From the human T2T-CHM13v2.0 reference genome, Homo sapiens, in assembly GCF_009914755.1 (NCBI RefSeq), contig NC_060925.1: DNA of 64,000 bases. One strand, written 5' to 3'. Below, piece by piece: positions 1 through 16,840 of this stretch. Below the pieces are notes generated by a model. The model searched no databases and was not told the origin of the DNA. It saw nothing but the letters and a program-made list of their open reading frames with translations. A program made the position numbers and the translations under genes. Numbering within the stretch: the stretch's first letter is position 1; each line of letters begins with the position of its first letter.

Positions 1-517
1 ACACCAGGACATAAATAATATAATACTTTAAAGGGAGAAAACTTTTTGGCTAGGCAAAACCAGGTGAAATGAAAGATGGTGATCAGACTTTCTTCACAAT
101 TATACTTTATGCCTGAAGAAAATGGATTGACCATTTTCGAGATACCCAAAGAAAAATGTGAGCTGAGGTTTTCATATCTAATAAAGTTATAAGCATAAAA
201 GGCTGGTACAAACTTATCCTACATAGAAAAATTTGGGAAATGGGAAATGTTGTTCCCTTAAGCTCTTCATCAGGAACATCAGAAAATGAGCTCCAGATAA
301 CCACAATGACTAAAGAAATAGTGACAGACTGGTGGTGAATATTAAGCATGTGTTGCTTATATAATTTAAGAGTTAAAGTATAGTATGTAAAAGCATATGC
401 AAAAACATTTGGTTTAGCTGGTGGTAGTCTGATATTTTGGGACTGTGTGTAGACTGGAATAGAATAATTACTATTTATAGGATATTTGAAATCCTGTTTT
501 CTTGAGAATCAGGGTCC

Positions 518-786
518 TTTTTTTTTTTTTTTCAAGATGGAGTCTCGCTGTGTCACAATCTCAGCTCACTGCAACCTCTGCCTCCCAGGTTCAAGCAATT
601 CTGCCTCAGCCTCCCAAGGAGCTGAGATTACAGGTGTGTGCCACCATGCCCAGCTTCATTTTTGTATTTTTAGTAGAGATGGAGTTTCAACATGTTGGCC
701 AGGCTGGTCTCTTAATCTCAGGTGATCCACCCACCTTGGCCTCCCAGAGTGCTGGGATTGCAGGCATAAGCCACTGCACCCAGCCT
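518..786 (-). mobile_element. AluS
   Basis: Alu consensus, poly-T start; TSD-like CAGGG flank. Confidence 0.9.
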
Positions 787-1130
787 AGAACCAGGGATTT
801 TAATGTGAGGAAAAGGAGATAGAGAATACAGAACATGTAATTTTTTGAAAAAAATAAAAACAAAACAAAAAAAAAAAAACCTATGGCTATGAATTTGAAT
901 TGGACGTAGTGGTATAAACTCATGAATGTATATGAATACATGTAGATATGTGTGAATATACACATTCATGAGTTTGTACCAGTATGTTCAATACAAATTC
1001 ATAACTATCAGGATGCTTAACACGTCAGCTTGTGGTTTCAAAGTACCTTTTTGTTTTTTTCATTAAAACGAGAATTTGGGGAAAATAGTCTGGCAGGAAG
1101 TGTAAAAGATAAGCCTAGGACATCTTGTCA

Positions 1131-1456
<326 letters not shown>

Positions 1457-1826
1457 TAGAGGTTAACAAAGGCTGCTAGGTAATTTCCAAAAGATTCAAG
1501 AGCCAGCTTAAAGGGGCCCCCACTGTGCAAATGTGGGAAACTTTGGTCTTCAAAGAAGATAATTGCAATTTACTAAAACCCATCATAAACATTAAGAATA
1601 ATTGGTCACCTTGGAGGATGATGGAGTATTCATTGTCTTGAAAACTTGAAGCAAAAAAGCATTTTCCTGTCTTTCCTCTATGAACAGTACAACTGGGTAA
1701 CTAAATGGCAGATGAAGGACATATCTCTTTCTAGTGTTCTAATAATTAAGATCATATATTTTTCAATACCCAGTGGATCAATAAATTTGAATTTTGTGCA
1801 TCAATTGCTCTAACATCACAAAAAGA

Positions 1827-2175
<349 letters not shown>

Positions 2176-2622
2176 CTATAGTTTTGCCACAGAGATTAGA
2201 AATGAGTCTGATTATGCCTCTGGGTTCAGCTGCCTGCTACATTGCAGGAGATTCAGAGGACAGTGGAACATGTTGAACTGAATGAAGCATGAGTGTACAA
2301 CTAGCAAAATTCAGACTCGGGAGGCTCAGGTGGGAGGATCGCTTGAGCCCAGGTGGTCAAGGCTGCAGTAAGCCATGATTACATCACTCAACTCCAGCCC
2401 CGGTGACAGAATGAGACCTGTCAAAAACAAAACAAAACAAAACAAAAACACCAAACAAAAACTAGCAAAGAAAAAACTTTAGTTGAATTCTTACTCTGTT
2501 ATACAGAGGCCCCATCATCCTTCCATGCTGTGTCCCAGATAAGCCAGTGCTAGCATTGTGGCTGTCCTTGGGCCATCCCATCTATCCTTAGAGTTCAGGC
2601 TACTTTTGCCCTGCAATCTTAG

Positions 2623-2930
<308 letters not shown>

Positions 2931-3334
2931 AGCCCTCTAATGATTTAAAGGAAAGTTATGATTTTGTAGATTATCCAGTTTTTCTTGTTACTAATGTGAG
3001 AATGAATCTTTTTTCCAGCTTCCTCCATCCTAGGCAGAAATAAAGTCCCAAATCTTTGTTTTTTAACGGGTCATAGAGGACCCATCATCACCCTTTATTC
3101 ATTCCTTGATCATCTCAGGCTAGAGAAGTCTAGGGATACAGCTATATATAACATGACCAGAAGAATTAACTGGGCCGTAGCATAATCACATATTTGAAAC
3201 AGGTAAGTGAGTCATCTGTGGCTAGAGACAAGTCCTGGTCACTTCCCTATTCTGCCCCAATACTCAACTTATTACATTCAGATGTTGCTTAATGGCTAGA
3301 TGCAGCTTTGAGGGTAATGCTTCTATTAAATATG

Positions 3335-3472
3335 TCAGTTCAGTTTTACAATGGAAAATTCTGAAGATGGATGGTGGTGATGGTTGCACAATATGAAGGT
3401 ACTTAATGCCACTTAATCATCCCCTTACAATTGTTAAGATGATAAAAATTATGTATATTTTACCCCAATAAC
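3335..3472 (+). mobile_element. L1MB-type 3' end fragment
   Basis: GATGGATGGTGGTGATGGTTGCACAA..GTACTTAATGCCAC. Confidence 0.7.
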
Positions 3473-3484
3473 AAGATCTTTTAA

Positions 3485-3793
3485 GGCCGAGCATGGTGAC
3501 TCCTGCCTGTAATCTCAGCACTTTGGGAGGCTGAGGCAGGCGGATCACCTGAGGTCAGGAGTTCAAGACCAGCCTGGCCAACATGGTGAAACTCCATCTC
3601 TACTAAAAATACAAAATTAGCCAGACGTGGTGGCACGCACCTGTAATCCCAGCTACTTGGGAGGCTGAGATAGGAGAATCGCTTGAACCCAAGAGACAGG
3701 CAGAGTTTACAGTGAGCCAAGATCACACCACTGCACTCCAGCCTGGGCTACAAGAGTGAAACTCTGTCTCAAAAAAAAAAAAAAAAAAAAAAA
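3485..3793 (+). mobile_element. AluS
   Basis: Full dimer, long A tail. Confidence 0.92.
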
Positions 3794-3918
3794 CAAGATT
3801 TTTAAAATTAAATTTTACAATCCAGTACAAAATAAAAGCATTGTCCATCCTTGTTTCTCAAAAACCCAGAAAGACCTTGGTGATCTGGTCAGCCTTCCAC
3901 ATTCTTATTATTCAGTGA

Positions 3919-4280
<362 letters not shown>

Positions 4281-5073
4281 ACAGTGGGTTTTATTTAACA
4301 GTTAACTGGCTCATGCTTTAGGGGAGGCAGAATAGTTGAAAGAACCAGCTAGGAATCAGAAGACTTGGTCTGTAATTATGACTTGCCTGAAACTCTAAGT
4401 GACCTTTGGAAAGCCACGAAACCTTTACTGTCTTTTTTCTTACAGGACAATCATGAGAGATTGATCTCTAAGTCTGAAATTGGCACTCCAGTGTTTTCTG
4501 AATGAAAACACACAGTAAATTCTTTGATTCGGGAGTAAAAACTACTCCAAAACTCCACAAGAGGGCAGCTCCTCCACACCTGAATGGCCTCAGAGACCTT
4601 CCAGGCACCTTTGAGGTTATTGTAAAACCACTTTTTTATACAATGTTTTATTTTTATTTATCTTAATTATACAAGTAGCACACAAATATATTCCCACATA
4701 AAAAGTCCAACATTACAGATCAATTTCAAGTCACTTTTGATTAGTATGCTAATCCTAGTTTCCTCCCCTGTTATCAGGTTGTTTTCTGAGACTTTGAAAA
4801 CACAACTTCTGCAACTAATTTTTTCAATCTGCATATAATTTGAACATCATTAATATCTATGTATGTATAAGAAATTTGTGGATATTAATATACTTCTCTT
4901 AACTCTTTAAAATGCATGTGTCATAATTTACTTGTTTCTTAATGACATTTAGATTATTTATCTTTTTTCAGTATTCAAAGAATGCTGCATTGAATATTTC
5001 AGTACTGTACTTTCAAAAAAGTGAAGAGCCTCACAAGACTTCATGGTAATTAATATTTTAATTAATTAATTAG

Positions 5074-5380
<307 letters not shown>

Positions 5381-5704
5381 TAAAGCTAATTTATTAAGCC
5401 AAAGGAGGAATGTTTTAATAATTTTACTAGCCAGAAAAAAATATATAAAGTCAATTCATAGAAAGGGGACTGAAAGAGGGGGAAATGCCTGGCAGTCTTC
5501 CTTGGAAGCATTAGGTTACTCCATTCCATGATGTAAATCATTCTGGGATACCATTTCCTGCTAGGGCATTTTATCAGGTATGCTTTTGACTTAGATCAAA
5601 TTAGACACAAGTAGCAAATGGCTCAGCGAATGCAGATAACTGAAACGAGAAAAGAACGATCCAGTGTTGCACCCAGGAATGTTAGGTGCTGTGTCCTGGT
5701 TACT

Positions 5705-6010
<306 letters not shown>

Positions 6011-6608
6011 CTCCTGGTTACTTCTGTGTGCCCCACAGTGGAAAGGAAATGTTCGCAGGTAATGAGTCAGAGCAATTCAGATTTCATGTGTAGAAGAAAA
6101 GTTCAACATAAACATATTGGACAATATTAATGTAAAATATGGTCAGCCTTCCACATTCTTATTATTCAGAATAAAACTTTTATCTATAGCGAATATTCCT
6201 GAAGAACGTTTGGAATTCTTCAGAATCCAAACGTTGAATGTCCCATTCAAGCTGTCAGGTTCCAAATCCTATGTTTCCTGAAGAGACATGGCTGGGATCC
6301 GGCTGGGAAAATTCCGAAGGTGCCAACCTTCAGGTCACGGTACCTGACTGGTGCTGCATTCTCCTTCCAGCCTTGAAGATTCTGAAAGTGGAGGTTTCTT
6401 AAGCAGATACAGAGCTAATGGCCAGGTTTCTTGGGAGTACATTACAATAAATGCAAGAGGTGCAGAAAGCAAGAAATTGCTCTGGATCTTAGAAAAATGG
6501 GCTTGGAGCTCCATTAGTGTCTGCTACCTTCTGCAACCCAGATTCCAAATTGTTTTCCAGACTTGTGTTAGAGTTATTGGTGTCAGAACATCTTTTTTCA
6601 TCCCCAGG

Positions 6609-6648
6609 GATAAGACACAAACACCTGCAAAGCTGACTCATGAAAGGA
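6609..6648. promoter_or_regulatory. Candidate enhancer core: GATA, FOX, E-box and AP-1/ARE motifs
   Basis: GATAAG, ACAAACA, CACCTG, GCTGACTCAT; the FOX, E-box and AP-1 parts are conserved in the paralog at 55571-55604. Confidence 0.45.
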
Positions 6649-6700
6649 GACAAGGCACTACTATGACAGTGGATTGTGGGAGCTGTGAGGTAGGACCTTA

Positions 6701-6996
6701 AATTTTTTTGGTTTTTTTTGAGTCTCTCTCTGCTGCCCAGGCTGAAGTGTAGTGGAGCGATCTCGCTTCGCTGCAACCTCCGCCTATGGGGTTCAAGCGA
6801 TTCTCCTGCCTCAACCTTTCAAGGAGCTGAGATTACAGGCACACGCCACCACACCTGGCTAATTTTTGTATTTTTAGTGGAGACAAGGTTTCGCCATGTT
6901 GGCCAGGCTGGTCTCGAACTCCCGACCACAAGTGATCCGCCTGCCTCAGCCTCCCAAAGTGCTAGGATTACAGGCGTGAGCCACTGCACCCAGCCA
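6701..6996 (-). mobile_element. AluS inserted in duplication copy A
   Basis: Dimer, TSD GTAGGACCTTAAATT. Confidence 0.92.
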
Positions 6997-7624
6997 GTAG
7001 GACCTTAAATTATCTCCCCTGATAGCCCAGAGGAGCTGGAGGCAGCCTGTTTGCCTTCACTCCAGGATGCCATGGCGTGACTTCTAAAAGGACCGTCTGT
7101 GATAGCATTTGGTGAGCAGGAAAGAAGTAGTCTGACGTTTGGAGGGGTAGAGTGTGCATTCTCCATTTTGATCTGTGACAATCCATACAGTGGAGGCAAC
7201 AGGGGGGTCTGGACATGTAAGAGCTTCTGGGAGGAGGAGACTGTTTAGAGGGATGTCTCAGAAAATATTTTCCCTAAGACTGCAAGATTTCCCACCAGCA
7301 AGTTTTTTATTTAAAATTCAAGAAGGAGCACATGATTTTGTAATGAAATGAGCATGGTTAAATCCAGCAGCTATGCATGTTATTTTGCTTCTCTGAGTTT
7401 CGGTTCTCTTTTTTAGAAGGAATAATTGAGAAAATATATGTGACTAGCACAGGGTCAAGCATACTTAATAAGTACACTTCCTCCCTATTCCTGAGAAAGT
7501 TTATAATGCTGAAGAAGCTGATGTTGATGGGCCAAGTCTGTTGTCTCGCCCAGCGTTGTCTTGTTCATGGATTCGTGGAGCTGCTCTGATTCTTCGGCCC
7601 TTCATCAACAAAATGGTGAAAACA

Positions 7625-7870
7625 GTAACTCACACTTGTTGAGTGGTAGGTGCCAGGCACTGTTCTAAGTCTTTTTTACATAGATCAACTAACACATTTG
7701 ATGCTCATAGCCCCACTTCATAGCCCCATCTACATAGGTAGATATTATTATTTTACACACAAGATAACAGAGACAGAGAGAGGGGTACCTCAACTGGCCC
7801 AAGGTCACACAGCTAGTAGGTAAGAGAACCAGAGTTCACATCCAAGTAATCTAATTCTAGAGTCCACATT
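7625..7870 (-). mobile_element. MIR SINE
   Basis: GTGCCAGGCACTGTTCTAAG..CCCAAGGTCACACAGCTAGTA core. Confidence 0.75.
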
Positions 7871-8316
7871 CTCTCGCTCTCTCACTCTCTTTTTTTTTTT
7901 TTTTTTTTGGTGGAATGTTAAAATATAAAACCAATAAAGAACATAGTAGTTGCTTGACATAGCAAACAACCATTGTGGAGAAAAGGTGCTCATTCATTAT
8001 AGGTAGGGTCATGTAATTAATGCTTATCTATGGAAGGCCGGTGGACACTCAGTAGTTGCTTTAAGCACTTTTAGTTTAGCCACTTCAAGCACTTTTAGTT
8101 TGGGGCAGTTAAGAGCAAATGTGTTGTTTCCATCTATTTTCTCATCTGAACTTCTAGAAACAAAGAACTCAGATGACAGAGTTGCAAGTCTGAAACAACT
8201 TCTGTACCTGAATTTTTCCTGGAGAGGAGCCAAACAGGAGAAACTCCCAACATGCGTTGAACTGTGATGACGTTTTTATGTTCAATTATTAATTTTGGGG
8301 TTATTTCTTTTTATGT

Positions 8317-8601
8317 CTTTTTTTTAAGAGACAGGGTCTCGCTCTGTCACCCAGGCTGGAGTGCAATGGCACAATAATAGCTCATGACAACTACAAAGTC
8401 CTGGGCTCAAATGATCCTCCTGCCTCAGCCTCCCAAGTAGCTGTGACTATAGGCACAAGCCAAAATGTCTGACTAAATTTTTTGTAGAGACAGGGTCTTA
8501 CTATGTTACCTAGGCTGGTCTCAAACTCCTGGCCTCAAGCAATCCTCCTGCTTCAGCCCCTCAAAGTGCTGGGATTACTGATGTAAGCCACTGCTCTTGG
8601 C
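8317..8601 (-). mobile_element. AluJ
   Basis: Diverged dimer. Confidence 0.85.
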
Positions 8602-9307
8602 AGGGGGTGTGTTTCTTATTGCAGCATAGCATTGCCTATCCTAACTAACAGGGTCATTAAATGTTAATAATAATAATTTTTTTCTCAAATAAAATATAGA
8701 TAACCATAGATGGAAAATCCCATGAAGCTAGTATTTAAAAATAGAGATTTCTTTCTTCTTGAGCAACAATAACAACAAAACATTATGAGAGCTCCAATGC
8801 TCAAGCAATTGGTTAAATGTTACTGGGTGAATAAAGGACCCAAGAGGCTGAGAAAGGGGCAATCATATCTTTGTGCAAGATTTGCCAGGACCCATTTTGG
8901 ACTTCAGCATTTAGCCAAGCTGGCCAAGCCTGGTGCAGAGCTTTATGAAACAACTTAAGTCACTGCCCTGGCTCACTCCACCGTGCCTAGGCAGAGTCAG
9001 GGAAGACACTGCTCATGGCGGAGTGGCCTAGGATATAGAAGCCTACTAAGAAATCCTTCTGACTGCAGAGGCCAAGTTCTCTCCATTACCTGGGAGCTCA
9101 AGGACTCAGAGTGAGCTCAGAAACCATTGCCCCAGCTTCCTAGGCAGGAGGAAATGCAAAATTAAATGAAAAAAAATGAGATTTTTTTTTAATAGGTAAA
9201 AAGCAGGAAACTATTTTTCCTTCTGTCCCTCAACAGACCTAGAAATGTTTGGCCATTTTCCTCTCCATCATCCTCATTTGACTGAAGACTCTTCAGATGT
9301 CAAATAA

Positions 9308-9717
<410 letters not shown>

Positions 9718-10959
9718 GATCCTGTTTATTCTCAGAAAAAGGATGGGTGTGAATCATGGAAGGACCACTGTGCTCCTGGATCTGGGGCAAGGAAGTGGTC
9801 CACGTCAAGAGCAGCATCTTTTTCTAGACAGGGAAGCTAAGTCCTAAAACCATCCTGCATAAAAGAAGTGCACTAGGATGGAACATCCTGGTCTGGGAAC
9901 AAAGAGAACTGGGTCTGTCTAAGCATCTCTTTGGTCCTAGGCAAGTAAGTTAATCTCTATGGACCTCAGTTTCATCATCTATTACATGCAAACTCTTAGT
10001 TATGATAATGGTCCTACCTACATTCCTGAAACAGCAGAAGTATGACAAAATATGCTGGAAAACTGCAGAGTACAATGATACTTTGATAACACATCAGGAT
10101 TTTAATGCTAGTTTCACCTCTTTATCTGGGCAAATTGCTCAACCTTTCTATTTCTCACTATGAAAAATGGCAACATATTTCAGGGTAAGGTGACCCAATC
10201 TTCTGTCCGCTTTATAACTGTGGTATTAAAATGTCCTTACTTGAGAATCACTTGAACCCGTGAGGCGAAGGTTGCAGTGAGCCGAGATCGTGCCACTGCA
10301 CTGCAGCCTGGGTGACAGAGCGAGACTCTGTCTCAAAAAAAAGTCCTCGCTTGAGACTAATTCTATCCAGAGCTCCTGAGCTAAGGCCTATGAGACCATA
10401 TTATAGTGAAGACTAGTATTACAGTACCACATTGTAAACCTTAATTTCTTTGGCAAAGATAAATTCTTAACTAATAGTGAGCAAAGTGACTTTCTCTGAC
10501 CAATATACAGATGGTGATTCCATTTCCAACCTCAGAACTGACCTCCTGCTGCCCAGGGAGCGGGAGTGGGAAGAGGGGAGGGAGAGGAGAGGCGTGATGT
10601 CACTCAGCCCTACAGAGGGGCCTCCCTTCAGGCTCCTGCAGGCTATTTGGAAGCAGCTGGAAGAACGAGTTAGGTCCTGGTTGCAGGATTTTTTTTTTCT
10701 TTTTTAAGTCAGACATAGACACAGATGTTGAGTAAAATGCTGCCTCCACTGAAAATCCCAAGCCTCAGACCTTTCAAGCAGAGGAAGAACTTAGTAAAGT
10801 TCTAGAGGTACCTTTCTGGCTGACTAGGGGAATAAAAGAAGAGCAGCTATGGCTTGCCTTGCCGTTTGCTTATTCTTTTATACTTGAAATCGTCACAGCA
10901 ACCAGACAAGAGGAAGTTGCTGGAATCTGGGCAAAGTTCCCAAAGAAGATCCCAGTGAG

Positions 10960-11284
10960 ACACCATTGGACTTCTATTAGGGGGACACCACTGGACTTCT
11001 GTTAGGGGGACACCACTGGACTTCTGTTAGGGGGACACCACTGGACTTCTGTTAGGGGGACACCGTTGGACTTCTGTTAGGGGGACACCGTTGGACTTCT
11101 GTTAGAGGGACACCATTGGACTTCTGTTAGGGGGACACCATTGGACTTCTGTTGGGGGGACACCATTGGACTTCTGTTGGGGGGACACCATTGGACTTCT
11201 GTTGGGGGGACACCATTGGACTTCTGTTGGGGGGACACCATTGGACTTCTGTTGGGGGGACACCATTGGACTTCTGTTAGGGGG
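10960..11284. repeat. 25-bp minisatellite (VNTR-type), 13 copies, consensus ACACCATTGGACTTCTGTTRGGGGG
   Basis: Units start every 25 bp from 10960 to 11260 and differ by single substitutions only. Confidence 0.97.
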
Positions 11285-11440
11285 ACCTCTGATCCTATTC
11301 TTGGAAAAAACAAAAAGCAACCAATGGCCTTCTCTCTGTTCTGAATTCCTAAGACATGTAGAACTCTGAGTCACATTCTTAGGCACTTGTTTCAGAAGAA
11401 ATTTATGCTGAAATTCTTGACAGGTGATAGTGGAGCGCTA

Positions 11441-11656
<216 letters not shown>

Positions 11657-12129
11657 CTATCTCAAAAAAAAAAAAAAAAAAAAAAGAGAAAGTGAGAGCT
11701 CCCAATGTTGCTGTAACAGCAGGTTCTCTGTGTTATTTTAACGTTTTACTGGTACTGTATTTCAATTATTAAATTTCTGTAATAAGTTCCCAAAATAACC
11801 TTTGGAAACTAGTCCAGATAACTTTGTTTCCAGGTATTTGTAAAGCCCACTGACAGCATTTTGCCCCTAAGTGGTTCTTTCCCTCTGATGTCAGGGAGGG
11901 AATTTTCAGTAGGAAACGTTTAGTCCACCTGCGAGAATCACCGAGCAGAGGAACCAGGCCTTTCCCTCACCGAGCTTCCGCCTACACAGGACAACACAAG
12001 GCAAGCCAAATGCTGCTAACTTAACAGATAAAGCTGAAGGGATTGAAGTTGTCACCTGCCAGCTGAACTCAATAAAAATGATATGGAACTCAAAATAGCT
12101 GATAGGGGCTCAGTAAATAAACTTGGCTC

Positions 12130-12430
12130 AGCTGGGCGTAGTGGCGCACACCTATAATCCCAGCACTTTGGGAGGCTGAGGCAGGCAGATCACTTGAGGT
12201 CAGGAGTTCAAGACCAGCCTGGCCAACATGGCAAAACCCTGTCTCTACTAAAAATACAAAAATTAGCTGGGCATGTTGGCACGCACCTGTAGTCCCATCT
12301 ACTCAGAGGCTGAGGCACGAGAATCACTTGAACCTGGGAGGCAGAGGTTGCAGTAAGCCAAGATCATGCCACTGCACTCCGGCCTGGGTGACAGAGTGAG
12401 ACTCCATCTAATAATAATAATAATAATAAA
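12130..12430 (+). mobile_element. AluS with (AAT)6 tail
   Basis: Dimer, TSD AATAAACTTGGCT. Confidence 0.92.
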
Positions 12431-12936
12431 CTTGGCTGGTCAGTCTTCCTGAACTGGACACAACCTCTCGAAGGTTTTGGCTGATGCAGACAGTTTCTTC
12501 AGAGCATCTATTACAATATTTTAATGAACTCTTTTAGAACACTCTGCATTCTCAGAACTGCTAAGGTTAATGCAGTGCAGACTAAGGACGACTAAGGGAA
12601 AACCAGTCAGGCTTAGATCCCAATTCCCGTCAGACTCCAGATGCTGTGGGGGCTCTAGTGGCTTCACCGAAAAGTGAGTCTTAATACAACTTACCCCTTT
12701 GTTCCCAATAGGTGCACCCCAAACTCCATGCACTCCCCATTCTTCAGCCCAGTAAGATGAATTTCTACATTAATTCATTTAGAAATAGTTAATAATCTCT
12801 AATTAGCATAATTAGAAAGCATTAAGAAGCATCCATTATGTATCAGCCACTGTGCTGGACTATGCACATAAATATCTGCCAAACTGCAGAGTTTTTACTC
12901 TTGGGGACTCACCAACCTTAAAAAAATGAGAGCCTG

Positions 12937-13150
12937 GGCCAGGCACGGTGGCTCACGCCTGTAATCCCAGCACTTTGGGAGCCCGAGGCAGGCGGATCAT
13001 GAGGTCAGGAGATCGAGACCATCCTGGCTAACACGGTGAAACCCCGTCTCTACTAAAAATACAAAAAAAATTAGCCGGGCGTGGTGGCGGGTGCCTGTAG
13101 TCTCAGCTACTCGGGAGGCTGAGGCAGGAGAATGGCGTGAACGTGGGAGG
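12937..13150 (+). mobile_element. AluY, 3'-truncated
   Basis: GAGATCGAGACCATCCTGGCTAACACGG AluY diagnostic; ends abruptly after GGCGTGAAC. Confidence 0.9.
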
Positions 13151-13399
13151 GGCGCAGGGTAGTAAGGATGGCCTAGAGAGGCAGCCTCAGCAAAGGACAC
13201 TGAGGCCGTTTCCTGCTTGGTTTCTCTTTTTATGCTGTTTCTTGAGAAGAAAAGTTTTGATTGCTCTTGGAAATTTTTTAAGTACTAACTTTTTTTTGAG
13301 CAAGAAATGGTTAGTTAACCTGTGTGATGGTTTCATGTGATGAGGTGGAGATCTATTTTACTGTCTTCTGTGGTAGATGTGGGCAGGTCCTTGAGGAGT

Positions 13400-13560
13400 T
13401 TGATTTCACCCCCTGCGTGTGGGCAGGAGCCCCGAATATGGCTCTCATCCTCCAGTAGGCTAGAACAGCTCCTTATATGGTGGTTTCAGGGCTGCATTCC
13501 AAGGGGGCAAAAGTGGAGGGTGCAAGTTCTCTTGTGACCTTGGCTCTGGACGTGCCCGAT
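13400..13560. mobile_element. Old MaLR (MLT1-type) LTR fragment
   Basis: CTCTCATCCTCCAGTAGGCTAG..GGCAAAAGTGGAGGGTGCAAG..CTCTTGTGACCTTGGCTCTGGA resembles MLT1. Confidence 0.5.
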
Positions 13561-13659
13561 ACCATTTTTTTTCTTTTTTTTTTTTTTGAGATGTAGTCTC
13601 ACTCTGTTGCCCAGGCTGGAGTGCAGTGATACGATTATTAGATGGAGTGAGACTCCATC

Positions 13660-13708
<49 letters not shown>

Positions 13709-14096
13709 CTTGGCTGGTCAGTCTTCCTGAACATTCACTCTGCTTCTGGCTGGACTCAGGAGAATGCCCCATGACTCTCCACCCTCACTATGTTCCTTGA
13801 CTCTGTTCCCTTGGTAAGTATGGCTGTTTAGGCAGAACTTACTCTGTTCTTATGAGGTGTACAGAGGTTTAGTCCTTACCCTGTGACCCACCTCAACATC
13901 CTCAGAGACCAGATTCAGAAGGTTTCTGCTCTAGAGTAAGTGTGCGCCCAATATAGTACTTACCTACACACACACATACCCCCACACACACAATTTATAT
14001 ATGTACACATGTCAATGTTATGTAGAAAGTGGCATACCATAGATTCATAGTAAAATACACATTTCCAAACTTTATTTCATTCATTAAACAGGTTTT

Positions 14097-16840
<2,744 letters not shown>

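Larger units (their letters stand above)
6285..7330 (+). other. Copy A of an old diverged duplication (paralog at ~55185-56280), interrupted by an Alu
   Basis: Colinear blocks shared with copy B, e.g. ACACAAACACCTGCAA (6615-6630), TGACTCATGAAAGGA (6634-6648), AAATTGCTCTGGATCTTAGAAAAA, GCAGCCTGTTTGCCTTCACTCCAGGATGC. Confidence 0.75.

Noticed and set aside
8063-8101. AAGCACTTTTAGTTT repeated at a 24-bp period
   Set aside because: Ordinary short tandem duplication with no further structure.
10531-10543. 13-bp match CTCAGAACTGACC with ~63529 as an extension of the ancient duplication
   Set aside because: Flanks do not align; compatible with chance.
10960-11386. Repetitive ORFs and CRISPR-like appearance of the 25-bp array
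   Set aside because: Head-to-tail units with no unique spacers and no cas genes in primate DNA; the ORFs result from the repeat.
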